A stretch of DNA of 64,000 bases from Candidatus Caldarchaeales archaeon (lineage in GTDB: Archaea > Thermoproteota > Nitrososphaeria_A > Caldarchaeales > Calditenuaceae), in NCBI GenBank assembly GCA_039630085.1, contig JBCNVM010000001.1:192001-256000 (forward strand), in the 5' to 3' direction. A program made the translations under genes and the position numbers. Under the pieces are notes generated by a model, which was given only the letters and a program-made list of their open reading frames with translations, was not told the DNA's origin and ran no database searches. Below, piece after piece: positions 47,847 through 56,520 of this stretch (positions within the stretch are counted from its first letter, which is position 1; each line of letters opens with the position of its first letter).

Positions 47847-48272
47847 CTAATCTACGTTTCGCGCCGCCGAGCTTCGCCTGAGACCCCAGCTGACCTTCCT
47901 CTCCGGGACCAGCTTGATCACCACGACCTCGCCCTCGTCCCAGAAGTCGCGCCTCGCCCACTCGAACCTCTCGTAGAACGCCTTGGACACCTTCCTGAAC
48001 TCCTCCCCGGCCGTAAGGAGCTCGGCCCTCCCGGTCACCATCACAGCCCTGTTCGGCTTGTAGACGTCGACGACGAGCGCCGCGTGCGGGTTCCTCTCCA
48101 GGTTCCTGTGCTTCTTCGTCCCAGGGTCCGTGACCATGTAGAACGCGCCGTCGGCGAAGACGTAGCAGATCGGTACGACGTGCGGCCTCCCGAGCTCGTC
48201 GACGGTCGCGAGCCTGCAGAGCTCCATCCTCTCGAGGAAGCCGAGCTCGGACCTGCTGAACCTGACCGCCAT
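47847..48272 (-). CDS. Pyridoxamine 5'-phosphate oxidase-like (flavin/F420-binding) protein
   Basis: RLAT....G.PHVVP, K.RNL..NP..ALVVD, V...G.A, SWG. Confidence 0.85.
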   Translation of the reverse strand: MAVRFSRSELGFLERMELCRLATVDELGRPHVVPICYVFADGAFYMVTDPGTKKHRNLERNPHAALVVDVYKPNRAVMVTGRAELLTAGEEFRKVSKAFYERFEWARRDFWDEGEVVVIKLVPERKVSWGLRRSSAARNVD

Positions 48273-48382
48273 CGCTGGAAGTCGCCTCGCCGCGGTCTAA
48301 AACGTTCCCGGCCTCACCGGACACGAACGGAGCCGGATGCAGGCATCAGAATTATAGCGGTCCGGCGCCTTCACCGTTCAGG

Positions 48383-49099
48383 ATGGAGTTCAAGGTCAGG
48401 GGGATCATCCCGAGGACTGGGGTGCTGGTCGCGGCCCTCCCCGACATGGGTAACGTCGCGGGGATCGCGATGGAGCACTTGGTCAGGTCCTGCGGCCTCG
48501 AGGAGCTCGCATCGGCGACGGGCGAGTGGCCTCCCTTCGTCGTCCACAGGGGAAGGACGATCGCTTTCGAGAGGGGGTGGTACAAGCTCCTAGGCAGGGA
48601 CGGGTACGACTTCATCGCGTTCACCGGGAACTACCAGCCTCCGGAGAGCGTCGCGCTGTTCGAGCTCTGCGAGAGGGTCCTGGACCTAGCTCAGTCGGTC
48701 GGCGTCGACACGGTGATCTCGCTGGGCGCAGCGCACACCGGCGAGTCGAGGCTCGAGAACCCGAGGGTCTTCTACGCCGCGACCTCCGAGAGGCTCTGCG
48801 AGGTCGCCGAGCGGGCCGGTTCGGTTCCCCTCGCGGACGAGGGTTACATCACCGGGTTCAACGGGCTCATCCACGGCCTCGCGATGGAGCGGCAGATGGA
48901 GGGACTCTGCCTCCTCGGCGAGATCGACAGCCCGAGGGTCAGGCAGCCCGGCGCCGCGAGGGCGGTCCTCAGGGTCCTCTCGAGGGTGATCGGTGTCGAG
49001 CTGGACCTCCGGGAGCTGGACGAAGAGGTAGCGAGGATGAAGGCCGAGCGCGCCCTGAGGAGGGGCGTCTGGAGGGGAGGGCCTCCGGGCGTCATGTGA
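48383..49099 (+). CDS. PAC2 family (proteasome assembly chaperone-like) protein
   Basis: LPDMGNVA, G..QP, SLGAA, G.ITGFNG...G.A, CL.GE...P...P.AA. Confidence 0.82.
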   Translation: MEFKVRGIIPRTGVLVAALPDMGNVAGIAMEHLVRSCGLEELASATGEWPPFVVHRGRTIAFERGWYKLLGRDGYDFIAFTGNYQPPESVALFELCERVLDLAQSVGVDTVISLGAAHTGESRLENPRVFYAATSERLCEVAERAGSVPLADEGYITGFNGLIHGLAMERQMEGLCLLGEIDSPRVRQPGAARAVLRVLSRVIGVELDLRELDEEVARMKAERALRRGVWRGGPPGVM

Positions 49100-49871
49100 C
49101 GGGCCGAACGGTCCGCCTCAGCACCCTCCTCGCGAGGAAGCGGACGTTCCAGGCCGCGAAGGTCGCCACGTCCCTGAACCTCAGCTTGCTCTTCCCCGCG
49201 GCCCTCGGCCTGAACGCGATCGGGACCTCGACGACCCTAGCGCCGAAGGCCACGTACGTCGCCAAGCTCTCGACCTGGAAGACGTAGCCCCTGCTCGAGG
49301 CCCCGAGGTAGGCGGCGCACCTCCGGAGCAGGTCCGCGGAGATCGCCCTGTAGCCGCTGGTCGCGTCCCTCACCTTCAGCCCCGTGCAGAGCCTCGCGAG
49401 GAGGTTCGCGCCCCTGCTCACCAGCTCCCTGAAGGCCTGGCCCTCCTCCCAAGAGCCTCCGGGGACGTACCGGGACCCGATCGCGACGTCCGCGGCCCCC
49501 GAGAGCACCGGCCCCACCAGCTCCGGCAGTCGGGAAGGGTCGTGGCTCCCGTCCGCGTCCATCTCGACGACCGCCCTCAGCCCCTCGAACCTCTCGATCG
49601 CGTGCCTGAAGCCGTCGACGTACGCGCTGCCTATCCCCATCCTCCCGGGCCTCACGAGGAGCTCAACCCTGCCCAGCTCCTCCGCCAGCCTCCTCACCAC
49701 GTCCGCGGTCCCGTCGGGACTGCTGTCGTCGACCACCAGCACCACGAAGTCGAGGCCCTTCCTGCTCGCCGCCTCGACGACGCCCCTCACCGCGCTCCCC
49801 ACGGTCCCGGCCTCGTTGTACGTCGGGATCACGACCGCGACCTCTGCCCTCCTCGAGCCCCCTGAGCCCAT
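49092..49871 (-). CDS. Polyprenol-phosphate mannose synthase-like GT2 (Dpm1-like)
   Basis: PTYNE, VDDSSPDGT, G.GSAY..GF, MDADGSH.P, GSRY..GG, D.TSGYR, FQVE, F.PR..G.SKL; ATG at 49871. Confidence 0.92.
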   Translation of the reverse strand: MGSGGSRRAEVAVVIPTYNEAGTVGSAVRGVVEAASRKGLDFVVLVVDDSSPDGTADVVRRLAEELGRVELLVRPGRMGIGSAYVDGFRHAIERFEGLRAVVEMDADGSHDPSRLPELVGPVLSGAADVAIGSRYVPGGSWEEGQAFRELVSRGANLLARLCTGLKVRDATSGYRAISADLLRRCAAYLGASSRGYVFQVESLATYVAFGARVVEVPIAFRPRAAGKSKLRFRDVATFAAWNVRFLARRVLRRTVRPVT

Positions 49872-49944
49872 CGCCGATCCCGGAAGTAGGATCCGTCGGC
49901 CGGTAAAGGCTTTTAAGTCGGCGGAGGGTAAGGTGTGCGAAGTA

Positions 49945-50256
49945 ATGGTGGATTCGTGCCCAACCTGCGGGCTTCCCAAGAGCCTCTGCGTCTGCCAAAC
50001 GATCACGTATGAGATGCAGAAGATCAAGGTGAGGCTCGAGACGAAGAAGTGGAACAAGCTGGTGACCCTGATCGAGGGGTTCGAGGGGTCGGACGTCGAC
50101 CTCGACGAGGTCGTCTCGGAGCTGAAGACGAGGTGCGCCTGCGGGGGCGCGGTCAAGAACGGCGTCATCATCCTCCAGGGCGACCAGAGGGAGAAGGTCC
50201 CGAGGATCCTCACCGAGGTCTACGGCATACCCTCCGACAGGATCGAGGTGATCTGA
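49945..50256 (+). CDS. sui1: Translation initiation factor aIF1/SUI1
   Basis: CPTCGLP..LC.C, K.VT.IEG, LK..CACGG.VK.G.I.LQGD.R. Confidence 0.93.
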   Translation: MVDSCPTCGLPKSLCVCQTITYEMQKIKVRLETKKWNKLVTLIEGFEGSDVDLDEVVSELKTRCACGGAVKNGVIILQGDQREKVPRILTEVYGIPSDRIEVI

Positions 50257-50364
50257 CCGGCGGGTCCGGCAGCTGGACGCGCGGGCCCTGCTCCGCGCCG
50301 AGGAGACCTTGTAGCGCGCCCTCTGCCCAAACTCTTAAGTCCCTTCACGCAGCGGGCCGACCGG

Positions 50365-51414
50365 ATGGCTTCGGGCCCGGTGAAGTTCGGACTCGCGCCC
50401 AACATCTACCCTCCTGAGGTGATATTCAGGGCTGCGGAGCTCTGCGAGGAGTCGGGGATCGACGGGGTCTGGCTGGCGGACCACGTGGTCGCGTTCGGGG
50501 TGAGGAGGTTCGCGGCCGTGGACGCGTGGACGACGCTCGGGGCGCTCGCGGTCAAGACAAGCAGGGTAGTCCTCGGAACGTCCGTCTCGGACCCCCACAG
50601 GAGGCACCCCGAGACGATGGCGCAGATCGTCGCTACCGTCGATGTCCTCTCCAACGGGAGGGTCGCCCTGGGAATGGGCGCCGGCGAGCCGATGAACCTG
50701 ACGCCGTTCGGGGTCGAGTGGGACCGGCCCGTCTCGAGGCTGAGGGAGGCCGTCGAGGCGATCAAGCTCCTCTGGACCAAGGACGCGGTCGACTACGAGG
50801 GGAAGTTCGTGAAGTTCAAGGGCGCCGTCCTCGACCTGAAGCCGGTCCAGAAGCCACACCCGCCGATCTGGATCGGTGCCAACTCGCCGAAGTCCCTGAA
50901 GCTGGTCGGGGAGCTCGGGGACGGATGGCTCCCGGTGGCGGGGTCGCCCGAGGACTACGCCAAGAACCTGCGGGTGATCAGGGAGACCGCGTCCGCCTCA
51001 GGGAGGGACCCGGACAGGATAGTGCCCGCGCTCTTCGTCTACGTCGGGGTCGCGAGGGACAGGGAGACTCTGGAGCGGAGGTATCTGATCCCCGCGAGGT
51101 TCCTCTACCTCACCTACGCGGTCCCGGAGTTCAACGTCTGGAAGAACGTCCCTCTGACCCGGGAGCTGGCCGAGAGGGTGCTGCAGGAGTCCCTGAAGCT
51201 GGACATGAAGCTCGACGAGCTGGTCGAGAGGAGGGTCGCCGTCATCGGCACGCCCGGCGAGTGCGTCTCGCTCCTCCATGAGTACATCGAGGCGGGAGCC
51301 CGATATCTCGTACTCGCCCCGCTGACGAGGCCCGAGGACCTCATCGGGACCGCGAGGATGCTGGTGGAGGACGTGGTCTGCGAGCTGGCGGACATCCCTC
51401 GACCGCGGACCTGA
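50365..51414 (+). CDS. LLM-class (luciferase-like, possibly F420-dependent) oxidoreductase
   Basis: W..DH, D.W..L, R.P...A...ATVD.LSNGR..LG.GAG, KPVQ.PHPPIWIG, DGW. Confidence 0.9.
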   Translation: MASGPVKFGLAPNIYPPEVIFRAAELCEESGIDGVWLADHVVAFGVRRFAAVDAWTTLGALAVKTSRVVLGTSVSDPHRRHPETMAQIVATVDVLSNGRVALGMGAGEPMNLTPFGVEWDRPVSRLREAVEAIKLLWTKDAVDYEGKFVKFKGAVLDLKPVQKPHPPIWIGANSPKSLKLVGELGDGWLPVAGSPEDYAKNLRVIRETASASGRDPDRIVPALFVYVGVARDRETLERRYLIPARFLYLTYAVPEFNVWKNVPLTRELAERVLQESLKLDMKLDELVERRVAVIGTPGECVSLLHEYIEAGARYLVLAPLTRPEDLIGTARMLVEDVVCELADIPRPRT

Positions 51415-51583
51415 CACAGGCGGATCGACGCGTCGGGCGATGGAAGTTGCAGGCTTGGAGTCGATGGTTGAAGACCTGCTCCTAAGAGGTTCGCGTGATT
51501 AACCTCGCCGTTGCGTCGATTTCGTTGCGATTCGACGACCAGCTGAACTCCAGAACACCGGTTGATGAAGTAAAGCTCATAGC

Positions 51584-51595
51584 AAAGAATTCTTT
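51584..51595. promoter_or_regulatory. Palindrome AAAGAATTCTTT, putative antitoxin operator
   Basis: Perfect 12-bp palindrome 13 nt upstream of the AbrB-type antitoxin ATG. Confidence 0.5.
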
Positions 51596-51608
51596 ACCTT
51601 TGGTTGGA

Positions 51609-51842
51609 ATGGTCGCCGGCGCGTCTACCGTCAGCGAGAAGGGGCAGGTTACGATTCCCAAAGAGGTAAGGGAGCTTCTGGGCCTCAGACCGGGAGTCCG
51701 GGTGCTGTTCGTGATTGAGGGGGACAGAGTGTTCATGGTAAAGGGAGGTGCCGTTAAGGTGTCGAAGGTGCTGCGGCGACAGCGACCATGGACCGTTGAC
51801 CCTCTGGAGTTTCAGCGAAAGCTGCGCAGTGAATGGCCATGA
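51609..51842 (+). CDS. vapB: AbrB/MazE-family antitoxin (VapB)
   Basis: VSEKGQVTIPKEVRE.LGL.PG..V.F; overlaps PIN gene. Confidence 0.9.
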   Translation: MVAGASTVSEKGQVTIPKEVRELLGLRPGVRVLFVIEGDRVFMVKGGAVKVSKVLRRQRPWTVDPLEFQRKLRSEWP

Positions 51843-52264
51843 AAATACTGCTCGACACCAACGTGTATGTCGCAGCCAAGAACAGAGAAGGCAATCGTTA
51901 TTCAGAGGCCATGGCGCTGATCGAAGACATAGACGAGGGAAGGCTCCGATGCGTCGTTCCCACGTTAGTCATAGCCGAGCTCTGCGTAGGCTACTATCAA
52001 ACGGGCGACCCTGAAGGTGCCCACGAACTGCTCGCGGGGTTCGTCTCGTCGCCCAGCTACGAGATAGTGCCCCTCGACTATGAAACCGCCTGCGAAGCCG
52101 GGAGGCTGAGAGCTGAGCTCGGCCTCAAGCTGCCCGACGCGATAGTGGTCGCCACGGCCCTGACGACTAAAGTAAACGCAATAGTGACCTACGACGACGA
52201 GATGAGCAAGTTGAAGCGGTACGTCAAGGTCGTCAGACCGTCCGGAGTAAGGTTGCGAAGGTGA
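51833..52264 (+). CDS. vapC: PIN-domain toxin (VapC)
   Basis: LLDTNV, ..AEL, LPDA.VVATA, VTYD; start 51833 or 51839. Confidence 0.9.
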   Translation: MAMKILLDTNVYVAAKNREGNRYSEAMALIEDIDEGRLRCVVPTLVIAELCVGYYQTGDPEGAHELLAGFVSSPSYEIVPLDYETACEAGRLRAELGLKLPDAIVVATALTTKVNAIVTYDDEMSKLKRYVKVVRPSGVRLRR

Positions 52265-52448
52265 GAGAGTCAGGACCCGAGTGTAGTCCGATCAACTTTC
52301 GTCGTTGTCGCGCCGATCCGTTCGGGCGTCGGTCTTCGCTGCAGCGTGCGAAGGCAAACGACCTCCCCGCCCGTTTGACAACGGTCCTGAAGCCGGCGAA
52401 TGAGCAGTTCTTGCCTACTTAGCCCTTGAATGCACTCGGTGAGATAAA

Positions 52449-52523
52449 CGGGCCCGCCGGGACTCGAACCCGGGACCTCCGGCTCCGGAGGCCGGCGCCC
52501 TATCCAAGCTAGGCCACGGGCCC
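52449..52523 (-). tRNA. tRNA-Arg(CCG); no intron, no encoded CCA
   Basis: GGGCCCG/CGGGCCC acceptor plus G73, CCGGC-CT-CCG-GA-GCCGG anticodon arm, TTCGAGT T loop. Confidence 0.95.
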
Positions 52524-52593
52524 TTCTCCACAAGCCCCGCGGATCTCTTGAACTTTCTCTGACGGGACCGCGCGAAGGGCCGCGGTCTCCTCC

Positions 52594-53163
52594 TCAGGGC
52601 CTCACCAGCTCGAGCCGGTACGTCAGGATGCCCTTCCTCAGGGAGCCGAGCCTGTAGCCCGACCTCAGTCCCTCCTCGATCACTTCGTCGGCGACGGTCC
52701 CGTGCCCCGCGAACCTGCTCCTGATCGGTTCGTAGACGAAGAGCTTCCCTCCCCTCCTCAGCCTCCTCATGACCTCCTCCAGCGAGTCGCGGACCCTCTC
52801 GAAGTGGTGCAGGCTGTAGAGCATCACCGCCACGTCGACGCTCTCCTGCGGGACCCCGTCGAGCCTCCAGGCCTCCGACCTGATCGGCCTCAGGTTGACG
52901 AGCCCCATCGCCTCCGCCTTCCTCGCGAGCCTCGTGACCTTGTGGTCGTCGTTGTCGACCGCGTAGACAAGTCCCTTAGGGCCGACCAGCTTCGCCGCGG
53001 GGATCGAGAGGAATCCGTAACCGCACCCGATGTCCATGAGCACGGTCCCCCGCGTCGCGCCCATCTCCTCGAGGAGCCTCGCCGGGTCTTGGAGGGCCCT
53101 CCTCAGCGGGTTCTCGAGGACCGCCTCCTCCGCCCACTTCGAGAGGCCGACGAGACGTGCCAT
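52594..53163 (-). CDS. Class I SAM-dependent methyltransferase
   Basis: DIGCGYG, VYAVD, SVD......LHH, R.L..GG.L. Confidence 0.88.
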   Translation of the reverse strand: MARLVGLSKWAEEAVLENPLRRALQDPARLLEEMGATRGTVLMDIGCGYGFLSIPAAKLVGPKGLVYAVDNDDHKVTRLARKAEAMGLVNLRPIRSEAWRLDGVPQESVDVAVMLYSLHHFERVRDSLEEVMRRLRRGGKLFVYEPIRSRFAGHGTVADEVIEEGLRSGYRLGSLRKGILTYRLELVRP

Positions 53164-53250
53164 CCGACTTTCGCTGCCGGAGGTCAGAGATTACCCGAAC
53201 TCGGCTACTCGCGGCCGAGGGCCTGCGAGACCCGCGTCGCGTCCGAAGCG

Positions 53251-53658
53251 CTAGGCGATGGCCGGCCTGTACTTGAAGCCGTAGACGATGATCCCGGCGT
53301 CACCGTCGTGGGCGATCTTCCTCACCACCCTCTCCACGAGCATCCCGGGCCTGAGCTCCTCCGGATCCGCGTCGGTTATCGGGGCCAAGACCTTCGTCCC
53401 GTCCTCGAACTCGACTAGCCCGACCACGTAGGGCGCCAGCTCCTTGTGCTCCTCGGTCGGCGACTTGACCACCGTGAACGCGACGAGCCTCCCCCTCTCC
53501 GGGAGCTCCTCCCTCACGAGGTTCCTCGACCTGCACCTCCTGCAGACGACCCTCGAGGTCGTGTTGACGGTCCCGCAGCTCGCGCACCTCAGGACCTCCG
53601 CCCTGTACCTGAACCTCCTGTGCCTCCAGTGGTTCTGGGGCCTGAAGTTGAACCTCAT
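53251..53658 (-). CDS. DUF35 Zn-ribbon/OB-fold scaffold of the thiolase/HMGCS complex
   Basis: C..CG.......C..C, G.L..FT.V, PY..G.VE, G.I.YG.K. Confidence 0.9.
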   Translation of the reverse strand: MRFNFRPQNHWRHRRFRYRAEVLRCASCGTVNTTSRVVCRRCRSRNLVREELPERGRLVAFTVVKSPTEEHKELAPYVVGLVEFEDGTKVLAPITDADPEELRPGMLVERVVRKIAHDGDAGIIVYGFKYRPAIA

Positions 53659-54833
53659 TCCCGATCACCCGCGAGCAGGACCGCGGTCCCGGCGATCGCG
53701 CCGAACCCCGAGACCGAGATCGCGGCGCCGGCCCTCGCGCCGTCCACCTGCCTCTTCCCAGCCCTCCCCGTCAGCTGCAGGTAGACCTCCGCGACCTGGT
53801 AGAGCGCGGTGGCGCCTATCGGGTGTCCCCTCGCCTTGAGGCCCCCGAAGGCGTTGATCGGGAGCTCCCCGCCCATCGCGTACTTCCCCGACTTCAGGTC
53901 CTGGCCGCTCTCCGACCTCTTGGAGAACCCCCCGCTCTCGAGTATCAGGGGCGCCATTATCGAGAAGGAGTCGTGGAGCTCAAGGACGTCCAAGTCCCCC
54001 CTCGAGATCCCGCTCCGGAGGAGGGCCTCGTCGACCGAGAGCGCGACCGAGGTCATGAAGAGGGGGTCCTCCCTGTCGAAGGGCGAGACGTAGTCGGTCC
54101 TGAGGCTTATCCCGCCTATCCTGACCGCTTCGCCGGAAGCCCGCTTCCTCTCCGAGTCCCCCGACGCGAGGACCACCGCGGCCGCGCCGTCTCCGGGCGC
54201 GAAGCACTCGAGCCTCCTCAGCGGCGGCGCGACCTCCGGCGACCCGAGGACGTCCTCTAGCCTCACCTTGAACGGGAACTGCGCGTGCCCGACTCCCTCA
54301 GCGTTGCTGTGCATCAGGACCGGGAACTGGGCGACGAACTCCTGCGGCATCTCGTACCTCTCGAGGTAGGTCCTGTAGAGCAAGGCCGCGACCGGTGCCG
54401 GCGTGACTCCCGCGTACCCCATCGTCTCGTAGGGCAGCGTCATAGAGTGGACGGAGTTGAACTCGTCGGGGAGCATGTCGGAGAGCTTCTCGCCGCCGAC
54501 CACCAGCGCGAAGTCCGAGAGGCCCGAGGCGACGGCCGCGTAGGCCTCCGCCAGCGCCATCAGCCCCGAGGCCTCCCCTCCCTCGACCCTGACGCCGTAG
54601 ACGCTCCTGAGCCCGAGCGCCTCTGCGACTAGGGCCGAGATCCCGGCCTGGTTGGAGGTCACCTCGCAGAAGGAGCACGCGACGTAGACGCCGTCTACCC
54701 TCTCGACCCCCGCGTCCTCGATCGCAGCTAGAGAGGCCTCCGCCATCAGGTCCGTCAGCGACCTGTCCCAGTGCTCGCCCACCTTCGTGTAACCGACGCC
54801 GACGACCTGGACGCTCCTCATCCCTTCAGGCAC
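53655..54833 (-). CDS. Archaeal acetoacetyl-CoA thiolase-family protein (nucleophile Cys replaced)
   Basis: VVGGEK, DGAAAVVL, ELHDSF, GGLKARGHPIGAT; sits between HMGCS and DUF35; VEGGEASG where xEAACASG is expected. Confidence 0.88.
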   Translation of the reverse strand: MPEGMRSVQVVGVGYTKVGEHWDRSLTDLMAEASLAAIEDAGVERVDGVYVACSFCEVTSNQAGISALVAEALGLRSVYGVRVEGGEASGLMALAEAYAAVASGLSDFALVVGGEKLSDMLPDEFNSVHSMTLPYETMGYAGVTPAPVAALLYRTYLERYEMPQEFVAQFPVLMHSNAEGVGHAQFPFKVRLEDVLGSPEVAPPLRRLECFAPGDGAAAVVLASGDSERKRASGEAVRIGGISLRTDYVSPFDREDPLFMTSVALSVDEALLRSGISRGDLDVLELHDSFSIMAPLILESGGFSKRSESGQDLKSGKYAMGGELPINAFGGLKARGHPIGATALYQVAEVYLQLTGRAGKRQVDGARAGAAISVSGFGAIAGTAVLLAGDRE

Positions 54834-55875
54834 CGCGTATCTTGTCCCTGTGCCGGAGATATGTCGCGTAGTCGACGTATTTCGCCCTGTTGATCAGAGT
54901 CTCGAGCAGCGGAGCCCTCGGCCTCCTCTCGAGCAGGCCGTCCTTGGTCTCGATGAGGAAGGAGTCGCTGCCCGCTCCGGAACCGAAGGACGTGAGGACG
55001 ATCCGCTGGCCCGGCCTGGCCGCGTCGAGGACCTTCACCAGCCCCATCATGGAGCTCGCGGCGTAGGTGTTCCCTATCAGGTGCGTCACCACCCCGGGCT
55101 CGACCTTCTCCTTCGGGATTCCGAGGACCTTCGCCGCCGCGAACGGGAACTTGTAGTTAGGCTGGTGGAAGACGAAGTAGTCGACGTCGGAGACCTTCAG
55201 CCCCGCCTCCTCCAGAAGCCCCTTCACCGCGGAGAGGGTGTGGTGGAAGTAGGCCGGCTCGCCGGTGAACCTGAAGGTGTGGGATGGGTAGCGCTCGTGG
55301 GCCCTCCTCCAGAAGTCGGGCGTGTCGGTGACGTAGCTCCTGGCGTGCTCTATCGTCGCGACCTCGCCGTTGCCCTGCCTGCCGACGACGAAGGCGGCCG
55401 CGCCCGCGGCGGCGGTGAACTCCAGCGCGTCGCCGGGCCTGCCCTGAGCCGTGTCGGCCCCGATCGCGAGGCCTGCCCTGATGATCCCCGCTGAGACCAG
55501 GCCCGAGATCATCTGGAGGGCCTCCGTCCCGGCCTTGCAGGCGAACTCGAGGTCGGCGGCGAGGTGGTTGGGCGGGATGCCCAGGGCCTCGGCCACGACG
55601 GTCCCCGAGGGTTTCACCGCGTAGGGGTGGGACTCGGAGCCCACGTTGACGGCCCCTATCTCCGACGGGTCGATGCCCGCCCTCCTCATCGCGTACCTCG
55701 CGGCCTCGATCGCCATCGTGATCGCGTCCTCGTCGAGCTCGTTGACCGACTTCTCCCTCACCGGGAGCGCGTCCTCCTCCCTTCCCCAGACCCTCGCGAT
55801 CTCCGTCGCCCTTATCCTGAGCCTCGGGACGTAACCTCCGTAGCCTAGGATCGCGACGTCCCTTATCCGGGCCAA
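54826..55875 (-). CDS. Hydroxymethylglutaryl-CoA synthase
   Basis: GSESHPYAVKP, EFACKAGT (catalytic Cys), TPDFWRR, HQPN, GNTY, SFGSGAGSD. Confidence 0.96.
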   Translation of the reverse strand: MARIRDVAILGYGGYVPRLRIRATEIARVWGREEDALPVREKSVNELDEDAITMAIEAARYAMRRAGIDPSEIGAVNVGSESHPYAVKPSGTVVAEALGIPPNHLAADLEFACKAGTEALQMISGLVSAGIIRAGLAIGADTAQGRPGDALEFTAAAGAAAFVVGRQGNGEVATIEHARSYVTDTPDFWRRAHERYPSHTFRFTGEPAYFHHTLSAVKGLLEEAGLKVSDVDYFVFHQPNYKFPFAAAKVLGIPKEKVEPGVVTHLIGNTYAASSMMGLVKVLDAARPGQRIVLTSFGSGAGSDSFLIETKDGLLERRPRAPLLETLINRAKYVDYATYLRHRDKIRGA

Positions 55876-55892
55876 CTCCCCAGAGAGCTCTC

Positions 55893-55950
55893 AGCTCGGG
55901 ATAAAAACCTGCCTAAATCGATGTTAGGCAATCGATTATCTGCCCGAGCT
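55893..55950. promoter_or_regulatory. Nested inverted repeats in the divergent HMGCS/Lrp promoter
   Basis: TGCCTAA-N7-TTAGGCA (55910-55930) inside AGCTCGGG...CCCGAGCT (55893-55950). Confidence 0.55.
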
Positions 55951-55976
55951 AAATAACGGTAAATTGGTGGGCCCGC

Positions 55977-56426
55977 GTGACGGCGCTGGACGAGAGGGAC
56001 GTCAGGATCCTCGAGGCGCTGAGGAGGGACGCGAGGAAGACGTTCACCGAGCTGGCCGGCGAGCTGAACCTCCCCAGGACGACGGTCCAGGAGAGGGTCA
56101 GGCGGCTTATCGAGGAGGGCTACATCAGGTCCTTCACCGCGATACCGGACTACTCGAAGATCGGGAGCGGGACGACCGCGTTCGTCCTGGTCTCCTTCGC
56201 GCCGACGATGGACATCTCCCAGCGGGAGCTCGCGGCCCAGCTGGCCAGGTTCCCTGAGGTCTTCGAGGTCCACCTCGTCAGCGGCCAGTGGGACATGATC
56301 CTGAAGGTGAGGGGCTCCTCGGTCGAGGACGTCGGCAAGCTGGTCATAGACAGGCTCAGGCCGATGAAGAACGTTGCCAAGACCGAGACCTGCTTCGTCT
56401 TCGAGACGGTGAAGGAGCAGCCCTGA
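55977..56426 (+). CDS. Lrp/AsnC family transcriptional regulator
   Basis: LDE.D.RIL..L..DAR....ELA..L.....TV..R..RL...G.I HTH; EVHLVSG.WD RAM domain. Confidence 0.95.
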   Translation: MTALDERDVRILEALRRDARKTFTELAGELNLPRTTVQERVRRLIEEGYIRSFTAIPDYSKIGSGTTAFVLVSFAPTMDISQRELAAQLARFPEVFEVHLVSGQWDMILKVRGSSVEDVGKLVIDRLRPMKNVAKTETCFVFETVKEQP

Positions 56427-56520
56427 AGGCCGGTCCGGATCCGACCTCCGGGATCCCCGTCGCCCGGTCTTTCAACACGCTTAAATAACGTCGAGGAGCA
56501 GCTCCGCCAGGCGGTTCGTC

